Of a DNA stretch of 64,000 bases, positions 37,334-48,560 are shown piece after piece (the stretch's first letter is position 1; each line of letters starts with the position of its first letter). Both the position numbers and the translations under genes were made by a program. Below the pieces are notes generated by a model. It was not told the DNA's origin. It was given only the letters and a program-made list of their open reading frames with translations, and ran no database searches. Source of the DNA: Callorhinchus milii (taxonomy: Eukaryota); the NCBI RefSeq assembly GCF_018977255.1, contig NW_024704743.1, forward strand, positions 46,440,001 through 46,504,000, written 5' to 3'.

Positions 37334-37744
37334 TCTGCTACTTCCGCTTCTAGACTTTTCAAAATATAACACTTTCAATGCAAAATTACTGTGTAAATGA
37401 GTGTTTAGACAGTTTACAAAAGAACATGTAACAGTATTAAAAAGCGAGTTTTATTCACAATAGTTTACTTTGTATATAAAAAAACTTGAGTATTGCTGGA
37501 GTGCTTGTTGCTTGGTTCACAAGATTGCTTCACAATTTGACAGAGAGCATTGGTGAAACAACAGAATGGGCTAAGATAGCGTTGAGTATCTTGCCCAAAA
37601 TGTGGGTGAAGGATGTGGTCAAGGCACAAAATATTCTATAATTTCAAAATGCATGCATCATTTGGGAATTGTATTTTATCCAAATGTCTGTTAGATTTTT
37701 AGAAGCAATACATTTATTTGGATTTGTAGAGGCAATAACAAAAT

Positions 37745-37920
37745 AAATGTGGTCACTCAATCCACAACTGTTTGTGGGACACTGCTGTGCACAACTGGCT
37801 GTCGCATTTCTCCCATAAAGTATACAGTCAATCCACTTTACAATAAATTCTGAGCAATGCTTTGAGACATCTCAAGGACATTATAAGGTGTTATATCAAA
37901 TGCTACAATTATTATTATAA
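37745..37920 (+). mobile_element. Deu SINE 3' part
   Basis: Deu core and tail. Confidence 0.85.
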
Positions 37921-38009
37921 CATACTGTGCTTTTTAGATGTTGGACACGTTCACAGCGACCATTTATATTGAAGTTCAGTTCCATACATTCATGTTTTGT
38001 TAATGCAGC

Positions 38010-39305
38010 TACAACAACAACAACTTGCATTTATATAGCGCTCTTCACGCCGGGTAGCATTCCAGAGCCCTTGACAATGGCGGAGTGTGACACCGAGCCG
38101 GGGGGAGAGGGGGGAGAGGTGACCATAAGCATGATTAAAAAGGAAGGTCCTTAAGAGAGATTTGAACATGGTGAGGGACGGGGCAAGTCGGAGTGATTGA
38201 GGCAGAGAATTCCAGAGTTTTGGAGTGTAGTGCCTGAAGGCACGGCCACTGATAGTGGAGCGAAGGGGATGAGGGACAAACAGGAGGCCAGAGCGGAGGC
38301 ACTGGGTGGTGGAGTGAGGGGTAAGCCGGTCGGATAGGTAGGGAGGTGTGAGAGCATGAAGGGATTTGAAAACAAGTAAGAGGATCTTGAAATTGATCTG
38401 TTCGGTAATTGGGAGCCAGTGGAACCTGGCAGGGACTTTGGAAGTTGACCCCATGTCTACGGATGACATCGCCAAGAGGGAGCTTGTAGATAAGGAAAAG
38501 AAGGGGGCCAAAGATGGAGCCTTGGGTAACCCTGCAGGTGCCGGGCAGGGGCAGAAGGAAAATACATTTGCCGAGATGTATTATTAGTGGTTTGTTAAGT
38601 AGGACTCGAACCATGCAAGTGCTGTCCCACTAGGGTGGATGAGGGAAGAGAGGTGGTGGAGGAGGATGGCGTGATCGACTGAGTTGAACGCAGCAGAGAG
38701 GTCCAGGAGAACGAAGAGGCAGAGGGAACCTTCATCAGAGAGAGAGAGGATGATATTTGTTACTTTGATGAATGCTGTCTCTGTTGTGGGCAGCGCGAAA
38801 ACTGGACTGGAGGAGTTCAAGCAGGGTATGGAGGGAGAGGTATGAATGAAGTTGATTTGTAATGAAACATTCCAAAACTTTGTCTAGGAAGGGCAGGTTA
38901 GAGATGGGTCTTAAGTTTGTGAGGTTGGAGGTATCGAGATCGTTTTTTAAAGGAGACGAGTGATGACAGCGGTTTTGAAGGGGAGTGAGGCAGAGCCTGA
39001 GGAGAGGGACTGGTTGATTGTGTCAGCCAGCAGTGGGCAGAGGAGGGGAGTTTAGTGACTAGAAGCTGGGTGGGCAGGGGGTTAAGGCTTCATCTGGGTG
39101 ATGATGGGGGAAAGGGAGGAGGGAGAGATAGGGGCAAAAGAGTGTAGAGTAGGGGCCATGTTAGGAACCGTAGAAGGAGGAGAGGTTGATGAAGGTGGCG
39201 TGGATGAGAGGGGTGTGGGTAGGCAACATGTGCAGGGAAGAGAGGAGGCAGCCAGGTGGATGTTATCTATCTTAGAGGTAAAGAAGTCCAGGACCTCTTC
39301 GCATT
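38010..39305 (-). mobile_element. L2 LINE with internal deletion
   Basis: [18 protein letters not shown] is joined directly to PARFHWLP at about 38440, so the YADD region is deleted. Confidence 0.92.
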
Positions 39306-39391
39306 TGGTATCAGAAGTGCCCTTTGTAGTTTTAAATTTATTCTTTAACCTTTATTTTAAAAAAATTAAATATTCTAAAAATGCCATATGA

Positions 39392-39770
39392 CCTTTAAAT
39401 CCCTCCACTGTATTGGCCCACCCTACCTCTGTGACCAGCTCAAGCTCTATTGACCCAGCTGTTCCCTTCTTTCAGTGAGCCTGCATTATGTCTCCTGTTC
39501 TATCCACCCTGTCAATGGCAGTCAGGCAGCCCTTTTGCCCCCACTCTCTGGGACTTCATCTCAGAGTCCCTCCACCTCGCTCCCTCCCTCACCTCATTCA
39601 AGGTCCTTCTCAAAACCTATCTCTTTAACTGCTCTTTCAGCCATCTTTACCCTCACCACTTTCGTTGGCTCCTATCCCAGCTTGGTTGCCCAGCCAGTAC
39701 AGTTAAGTGCTTTGGGATGTGCTCCTAACATTAAAGTTGCTGTAGAAATGTAAATTTATATTGTATTGTA
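39392..39770 (+). mobile_element. L2 3' fragment
   Basis: FAPTLWDFISESLHLAPSLTSFKVLLKTYLF plus tail. Confidence 0.85.
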
Positions 39771-41009
39771 TCTTGCTAATCAGTAGTCTAATGCTAGAAG
39801 TCCAATATGTGAATAGCTTCTTACATTGAAAAGGATGTCTTTGGGGAGGTGGTGAAGAGTTCCATCTTCAGCAGACCTGCAGACCAATCATTGAGCTAAA
39901 TATCATAAGTTCTCCAAATTTAACTCATGCGTTAAATGTGTCACTCTACCACAGCTTACATACACCCTCTGAGGTTTGAAATTCCGCCTAATCATAGCCT
40001 ACTGGATCATTTCATTTCAAAATTTAAGATGGTGCAGATCTGTGGAAAATTCAATCTTAATTCAGTGCCACAGTTTTTGAAAAGAGACAGTTTCCAAATT
40101 ATGACTGATTTGAAGGATTTTCTAGAATTCTAACCAATCTTAAATTTTAAGATAAAATTGTATGATAGGCTGCTACAGGATATCAAGTCTCTGGAGCTCC
40201 TTTGACTGTTTATATCAGTGATATAACTGAGAGGCGTAGCACTGACTGAGGTGCAGGTTGTAACATCATTGTGTAGGAATGGCAGCGCCTGACATGGGAA
40301 GCTCGTTGTATAAAGAATGACAGTGAGTGAGGTGGGAAGCTTATAGCTGTTTATTGAACTTTGCTGATGCAAAATGTCGCCCACATTTAGCTACAAAAAG
40401 TGTATACACTTGACAGTAAATACATCTGAACATTTTGCGATGTTTTGATGTTTTAAGCCTTATAAAAATGCAAGCTATTTGTTCCTTTCTCATTGCGTGA
40501 GGATCCACACTGGTTTGAACCCTTGTCCTGAAACTATGTGATGCTGTGTGCTGACGCTGAATCTCCACCAAATGGTATCTTTGACCTCCTTGGTATTCAC
40601 TTCCATTTTAATACAAATCTCCATATATGGTAGAAAAGCAACATTCGCCTGCATAATGTCTGTTTATATGAAAGTCAAATTGTTTCAATTAACTGTCAAA
40701 AGTCTTTGGGTGAAATACAGCTTTAAATGCAACTGAAGCAAATCAGGCTTCAGACCCAATTTTCAGAACCGCTCACCTAAAAATAAAGCCATATTGGAAA
40801 ATATTTATGATGAAAAAATAATAATCAGACTCTAAAAGGCAGGAACAACGCTGTCTGGGCCAGTAGATAAGTACCAGCCTTATTTGTTTATTCCCCTTCT
40901 CTCTAAACACTATGCTTTATACACCTGGAGATCTGCTGATCCACTCTGGACTTGAGTCCAGTTGTGTGAATCTTTTTTAGAAATGACTGTGTAACTTTGT
41001 ATCTTGTAT

Positions 41010-41260
41010 ACAAATGGCAGCCAATTTGCTCACAGCAATGTTCCATAAACAATAATAAAGTGAGCAATTTTATTTGTGGGAATGTTGGCCAGGAGAAACA
41101 ACTTTCTCTTGTCAAGTGGTGCTATAGGATCTTTAACTTCCACCTGAACAGACAGACAGGATCTTGGTTTAATGTCTCACCAAAGGATAGCACCTTCAAG
41201 AATGAAGCAGGATTTTGAACAAGAATTTTGAACTCAATCCTCTGGGCTCAATCTAATGGA
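41010..41260 (-). mobile_element. SacSINE1-like SINE fragment
   Basis: ggcagccaatttgctcacagcaa...ggatctttaacttccacctgaacagacagac. Confidence 0.75.
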
Positions 41261-41269
41261 GTCAGATGA

Positions 41270-41510
41270 GGATATGGGAGATGGGTTTACGGAGCCTTGT
41301 GTGGGAGATGACATAAGCTGTAGAGATCTGGAAGGAAGGAGCTAGTTTGTGGTGGAGACGAGGAGCCTGGGGTTGTCCTTGGCCTCGAGGATGATCTTGG
41401 AGTAAAAGAACGATTTGGCTGAGATGAAGGCGGAGCGATCGATTTTAGCCTGGCTCAGCCAAATCTGGTGGTGGACCATTAGGTTGGATTTCAACCAAAT
41501 GCATTCAGTG
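41270..41510 (-). mobile_element. L2 internal fragment
   Basis: Homologous to 22200-22370 (HQIWL...SFFYSKIILEAKDNPRL). Confidence 0.75.
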
Positions 41511-41874
41511 AAATTTACCTACCACTTGAGGGTAACAGTGTTCTATTTTGAAAGCAGAATTAATTAGACAGGTAATGCACTGACCACTGTAAAATTCATG
41601 GTTCTAGTTTTACCCTACTTCAAAACATAGCTTTATTTCTACATGTGCATTATTTACATAAAGCTGCTGTTTGCTGGGGTAAGGTTACCTTATGTGCTGA
41701 TACACAGACTTTTAAATTGAAAAAATCTGGTTCTTAGCATCTGAAAATAAATGTCTCTGTGTCTAACTGGTAAATATCGTGCTGCTGACAATTTTCCTGT
41801 CACTGTTTCTCAAGAGAGCAACGGTTGTCCTTGGTAAATTTGCTTCTTTGTTGGCGGGATAGAAGTTGCCAAAT

Positions 41875-42250
41875 TGACAGAAACCTAGGGGTGTTAGTTG
41901 ACCTGTCACTTACCATGTCAAAACAGTGTGAGACAGCGATAAACAAGGCAAACAAAATGCTGGACTGCAATGCTGCATTGGTTGAGTTGAATTTAATCCC
42001 CATAAGTCATGTGATGTATAGCGCACTGGTCAGGTTGCACTGTGTACAATTCTGGTTGCCGCAACATGAGGGGGCCCTGCAGGCAATGCAGAGAAGAGCA
42101 AAGGGGATGATTCTTAGGGTTAAAGGCATGAGCTACGAAGAACGATTAGATAAGATAGGGTTATTCAGTCTCTAAGCAATGTCTTAGAGTGATTGTTGTT
42201 GAAGTATATAAGATGCTAAATGGTATAGAGAAAGTAAAACCCAAGTAAAG
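41875..42250 (+). mobile_element. CR1 fragment
   Basis: RNLGVLVDLSLTMSKQCETAINKANKML...YSALVR..CVQFW...MSYEERLDKIGLFSL. Confidence 0.9.
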
Positions 42251-42396
42251 CTTTCAGATATGTCAAAGGCCTTCTTCATCTGAATTTCTCTTGTGAACTT
42301 GTGATTCCAAAGTCAATTGTGTCACTGTTTAGTTTCTGCTCATGTGTTAATACACAGTTTAATATGTGCCATGATTGGGAACATGGGCAAAGTGAT

Positions 42397-42530
42397 TTGC
42401 GGATGTAAACAGAGACAATTGCAGATGTGTGAGGTTAGGTTGGAGTTGTGTGCAGAAAGAATTGCAGATGTGTACAGAGAGAATTGCAGGTGTGTACAGA
42501 GAGTGTTGCAAATGTGTACAGAGAGAATTG
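42397..42530. repeat. Minisatellite of about 22 bp (tgtgtacagagagaattgcaga), 4-5 degenerate units
   Basis: Direct tandem units are visible. Confidence 0.8.
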
Positions 42531-43677
42531 GTGTTTTTAATTATATAATTAATAATTAATAAAAGTACAAGTGGTCTGTAGAATTGTATTTGAGACGGTT
42601 TACCTTAATCATTAAATTCATTCTGAATGCTTATAAAATAATATTAAAATTTCCAATATATATTTATACTAAACACAAATAGACCTTATATATTTTAGTG
42701 AGTTATTTCCTGATTTCAACAGAGTAATGACATTTTACGCTTACTAAAATTTGATTAATAATAATCCTTGCATTTAAGATGTTATCTTATAGGACAGCAG
42801 AGTAGAGGCATCAGCTTAGAGCTGGTTGCTTAAGGTGCAAAGAAAGTGTGAGAATTTATCTTGTTTAAATGTGTTAATGAAAAGATGACTAGGGTTTCCA
42901 ATAGCCACTAACATCTACATATTCAGTCTGTTAAAATGGTGATTTTTGCACTGTGTCTTGATAATGGGTTATTTTGTAAGATAGTCTCAATTACACTGTG
43001 AAGCAGAATTTTGGAGCAGACACCCTCTGTCTGCAGGTTGATAAAAACATTCAGCAGTCCAACATAAACCTATTTTCCAGTATTTGATTTTAAATTAATA
43101 CTGATATATGACTTGCTCCAGACAGGCCACAAACACCCTTTCTCCTCAGTGCCAATTCAGTGCATGTAATGTTGAAAGCATTTTTAATGACTGCCATACC
43201 TTTCTGACAAATAGTGATAATCCTGACCAGTGGAGAACGTTTCTCTTAAGGAAGCCTCTCTGAATGGAAAAGTTTTAATGGTATTTGTTTCTCATTCTTT
43301 TTTCTCTTCTTTCTTTTACACAGTGAGCTACTCTCAATTGTAAGCTTTTTAAGTGCCAATTATTATTTTATATTCCATTGTAATGCATTTGCAGCCAGGA
43401 GGTGCCTCACCTTGCCAACATGCTGGGTTGTGTTTCTGACTGCAAATAAGAGAGAAAAAAAGATACATTGGCTATTGTTGAAGGGTGGTGACTCTGCGCA
43501 AAGGACAGTATTGGCTTGTTGGTGAGAAAGCAACAATGAAATGTACCCAATAATATGGGATTTATAACATTATGGGAATTACTTCTGTATTTCAAAGATA
43601 CAGTATTCTACTGTACTGTTTATAGTACAATTTAGAGGTTTTATTTATTTTTTAAAGTACCTTGAAATAAATATGTT

Positions 43678-44120
43678 TACAACGACACAACAACTTATAT
43701 TTATATAGCACCCTCCACACAGGATAGCATCTCAGTACTTATCAGTGGCGAAGCCTGATTCTGAGCCGGGGAGGGGTGGGTGGGGGAGATGGCCGTAAGC
43801 ATGGTCAAAGAAGAAGGTTTTCAGGCAGGTCTTGAAAAAGGGGAGAGTTGGGAGTAAGGTGGAGGGATTGAGGAAGAGTGTTCCAGAGTTTCGGGGTGTA
43901 GTGGATGAAAGCACAACCTCCAATGGTGGGGTGCGAAGGACGAGCAGGAGGCTGGGCCAGTCGAGTGGAGGCGCCAAGTGGTGGATTGGGGAGTGAGGAG
44001 GTCGGAGAGCTAGGGAGGTGCCAGAGAGTGAATGGATTTGAACACGAGCATGAGGATCTTGAAGTTGATCTATTCGGTGATGAGGAGGCAGTGGAGCCTG
44101 GCCAGAACTGGTGAGATGTG
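43678..44120 (-). mobile_element. L2 3' fragment
   Basis: FFKTCLKTFFFDHAY; tail with (TTG)-like end. Confidence 0.9.
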
Positions 44121-45914
44121 GGTAAAATCAGAGATCTTCTTGTGTAAAGATTGTAGATCAGGACCCAACTGTGGAATCAATGCAATGGATCAAGAGGAAT
44201 GGAGTAGTTTATCTAGCAGCATGGTGTAGAGATGCTATGAAACAAGTACTTACTCTGTGAGGGATATTTTGTAAGTGTGCATAAACAGTGCTGCAAATCA
44301 CTGTGTAAAGATTGTAGATATTTAGTTCTGAGAGTTTGTATGAGTTTGGAGTTTCTAGGTTATTTGTGTTTTTACAGTGCTGTGTAGGAATTCTTTGAAT
44401 TTCCACACAGGTTGAATAAGGCAAAACCCAATTCATTCTTATATAGTCTTAATTAAACCAAGAAACACTTGACTGACTTATAAACACAAACACACACACT
44501 CACACTTCACTGTTGGAATTTTAGCATTTTTGTGCACTGGTTCAGTTTAGGATGAAGACTGAATTATGCAAAGACATTAAATGCACTACTTGTGGCCTTT
44601 CTACTGATTCCATGATATGTGGCAATGATCGGATAAGTTACAGAAGCCACAACGTGTCAAATTGTAAAATCCAAAGTTGAAACAGTTCAATAGTGATATT
44701 TGCCAGTTCTCCAGACTTCAAGGGAGCAATAAGAGAAGCAAATAGTAGATTATATTTAGATTTGCCTAACTTTGATTTTTGTTTCAGTTCGAATTTTAGG
44801 CAGATAATGTTTTATTATTGATTTGTCAATCTTGATTTTTCAGATTTTTTTATCTTTAGGGAGCTTTTCGACTTAAAAAATGGCTGCATTCCAGGTCGCC
44901 CCGGATGTCACTTCCTGTGCAGTGTCTACCTCTAATTCATTATTGATTCACATGGACAGTGCATAGGAAGTAATATCTGTTACAACCTTACGACTGGGAA
45001 GTTTTCCAATGTTATAGTTTAAAACAATGTTAAAAAAATTCCACATTCCTTTATTGGGAAAAAATTGGAAAAACTGATTTTTCACTGATTAAAATTGGAA
45101 AACTGCAGGCCTAAATATTTTTAAAAAAGATGAAGCATTTTGAAACTTTTTGTAAGGCAAGAACAAAATCCATTTTCCTACACTTAACACTAAAATCTAC
45201 AAACCTATGAATTGGGCCCATGTAAACAAGGATAACATGTGTTCAGTGCTGGAAACTGAAATGTGACACGTTTAAATAGGAGAAGAAAATATTAAGAGTG
45301 ACCTTTATTGCTGTAAATGAATCCATTTGGAGGGCATGCTGGCAAATGGGCCGTAACCACTGATTTGCTTCAGCCTTTCAGAGTACAGCAATGTAAAAGT
45401 AACTACAAGCTACATCCGTAGAACATTCTTCACACTCGAATCATTTCCAAATGTTCTCGACATCTTTCCATCATGAAGAATAGTAATTTGAGTTGACTCC
45501 AGGATAGAACTGTCTGAGTTATTGATGCAGAGCTTCACGCCAGGACGAAAAAGAACAAGCTTGGATTCTTTAAAACATTTGAGGGATAGAAATTGCGACC
45601 TGGGTTACTGAACACAGTTTTGAAATGATTGCTCTTTTGTTAACTGAAGACATTAACTGGTCATTGTGGCAACGGAGGGGGAGGGGCTATCCCTTGTGGA
45701 CTAGTTAATGTTGTTCATTGTCAACCAGCAGACTTTTCAACAATGTGTTTGCACAGTTCACAGTTTTCATCTCTTTATGTACTTAATTCCAATCCCATAT
45801 GCAGATTGGGCATATGGGTATTTTATTTCAATTAATAAATAAATAACCCTTACATTTGATATGGTGCAAGGATTCTTTAAAACATTTTGGATTGGGAATT
45901 CAGAGCACCTGTCG

Positions 45915-46025
45915 CATTTCGCTAGAGTGTCAGCCCAGACTATGAGCTCAAAGTCACAACTGTGTGGCTTGAACCCACAACCTTCTAATTTAGAAGTGAG
46001 AGTGCTGCCAACTGAGTCAGGCGTG
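45915..46025 (-). mobile_element. SacSINE1-like tRNA head
   Basis: ggcttgaacccacaaccttctaatttagaagtgagagtgctgccaactgag. Confidence 0.8.
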
Positions 46026-47364
46026 GGCACAATTTAAGAGTCCCAATCCCTTACACTGTCTATTTGAAATCTGGACAAAAGCCCTCTGAGCATGACTCAA
46101 GGATTGAGGTTTGCTTACCTGCAGTTAATTTAATCTAATATTTGAATCCCAATTGTCTGAACCCACCAGGTTAAAGCTGGACGTATTAGATTTTCTGTAC
46201 AATAGCACTATTTTTACCCTTTAATTAGTCTTCATGTGGTAGAGTTTACAGATTGCATGAAAAAATCTCTTCCTCATTTATGATTTCCACAGAGATAATA
46301 ATGTATGCCACTGATCAGTTTACTTCTCATGGAAACTCTGGGGCTGTAGCATGTTGACTGACTTTAATCATCTAAGCGGTGAGCACCCACATGCACTACT
46401 GGCCTCATTTGACACGGTATCACAGCAGTACAGCCCCTGTGGGAGAATCAGTCACACATGTTCACGAGTCGCTGGGTACAGACAAGGGCACTTTAGAGCC
46501 TTGAGCCAGTTACCCTTCATTGTGTCACCGGCACTTTGTTGGGAGTTTTGGATCATTTTAATAATACTGATTCTCTTCAACAAGCTGATTTAAGTGACCC
46601 AATAAGCAGACTTCTTCTTCCCATCGCGTACAATCTGGGCTGCTTTTGTTCATTTGCACCCTACCCTCAGAGACGTGTGCCCATGTGTGTGTGTGGCGAG
46701 GAAGAGTTGCTGGTTTTCTGAAGATGGATGTTACTTCATGGACCAGTCAGGTGTACAGTAAAATACACAGGAGTTTTATTTGCAGCCAATTCCATCACTA
46801 GACACTATTTACATATGGTTGAATACCAAAACACTATGGCACGTAACTCTCAGTTTAAGCTCCCGAAAAAAGTTTTCTAAATTCTCAGTCCCTTTTAACA
46901 TGAATGTCTAATTTGCTTTGGTGTGATGAACACATTACTCTTTCTTCCCTAAACCAAATAACCAGATTTCTCATGCCCAAATGCCAGCATATGTTGCAAA
47001 TCCCGTAGTTTACTTGGTCCATGGTGTTTTTCAGCTGGCATTCATAAGATGAAATGTTTCTTTGATCCATATTGACTGCTCTTTGAACAAGAGTTTATCA
47101 ACAAATGTTAAAATGGTCTACTGCATATTATTCAGACAATTACTCTTTCCCAGCCAAAGCATTCTGTGGATAGAGGCAATTCACACCTTTTAACTATTAA
47201 AACCACACCGCTAGTAGAACCTTTGATCTTTACCAATCAGTTCATCGTTTTAAAATGTTACCAGTTTAATTTTATGTAAAAAGTTCCACAAATTGATACA
47301 TTTCTACCATTAATGCACTGCACTGCAGCATTGGGATAAAGGGGGCAAAAAGACTGTATTCACA

Positions 47365-47450
47365 ACTGGATACACTGATTGTCCAGTGCCTTGGGACATC
47401 CTCCAGACATGAAAGGGACTATACAAATGTAATTTTGTTGTTGTTGTTGG
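47365..47450 (+). mobile_element. L2 tail
   Basis: tgtccagtgccttgggacatcctccagacatgaaaggg...(TTG)n. Confidence 0.8.
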
Positions 47451-47619
47451 ATACGCTAATATTGAATCCTGATGCAACTGTAAGGGAGTCACTCCAAAGG
47501 AACTCTGCCCCACGTGACTGGACACAGTTGTGCATATGGAGTTTTTCACTCCATGGCCAGAGATTTTTTGCATTTATTGCATTGTAGACTTTAGATCTCA
47601 GAATCCAGGTACAGAGGGA

Positions 47620-47930
47620 CTAAGTTGGTCGTGTTCTTTCACCTCAGCTTTCGCTCGCAGCCCAGACTGATCTGAGAAACGCTCCTCTCAAGGTCAGCTG
47701 TATATAGGCCTTATGTGTAATGAGTTTGGCCACCTAAGTCCAACTTCTAGTGGATGTGGTTTCATAGCATTTTACCTGACACTAAATTATCAATACAACT
47801 CAGAGAAACTGTGTTGCCATTTAAAATGTCACTCTGATGCAGCAGGAAATGCTCTTTGGGACAGAATAGAAGGAAATTCACTTTGTATCTACCATAAGTA
47901 CTGAATGACTGAAACCTAAGTATGGAATGA
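47620..47930 (+). mobile_element. LF-SINE-like element
   Basis: ctttcacctc..cagcccagactga..tatgtgtaatgagtttggcc..agtccaacttctagtgga..ttgggacag..ctttgtatcta matches LF-SINE consensus blocks as I recall them. Confidence 0.65.
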
Positions 47931-48104
47931 CACCCATGCATTTTGTGGGCGTAAAGGTGAGGGATCTTCGCGCTTTCCAGTTATGTTATATTTACACTGA
48001 AGGGACATTAGTGTTATGCTGCTGTGAATCCCAGAGCCCCAGTTCCGAGAAAGCAGTGGGACATTTTTATGATGATGTGACTACAGTATTATTGTTTTTC
48101 ACTA

Positions 48105-48560
48105 AAATCTACACTCCAGAAAGAACTGTCCAAGCCTGGGGGAGCGCGGCATTGTCAGCGGTGCTGACTTTCAGACAAGACATTATTCAACCAAAGACTT
48201 GCCTTCTTGTTAAGATGGGTGTTTAAGCTCCCATGGCACTATTTGAAAAGAGAAGGTATCTTGGCCAACAATCGCCCATTTTAAATCAGTCATTCACTTT
48301 CTGGTTGTTTGTGGGACATTGCTGTGTGCAAATTGGCTGTTGCATTCACCCACAAAAAACTTCACTTCGCTTTCACCCACAAAATATACAGTCAATTCAT
48401 TTTACAGTATATTCTGTTAAGCGCTTTGAGACATCTTGAAGAGAGATAAGGCGCTATATCAAATGCAAGGATTATTATTATTATTTACTAATTATTTATT
48501 TACTGTGAAGCTTTGAGACATCATCCTGAAAGGCACTATATCAAGTGTACGGATTATTTA
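48105..48560 (+). mobile_element. SacSINE1-like Deu SINE with a second tail
   Basis: Body, Deu core and tail to about 48485, then another tail at 48500-48560. Confidence 0.8.

Noticed and set aside
42397..42530. CRISPR-like array
   Set aside because: The units are contiguous and degenerate with no unique spacers, in a eukaryotic context; it is a minisatellite.
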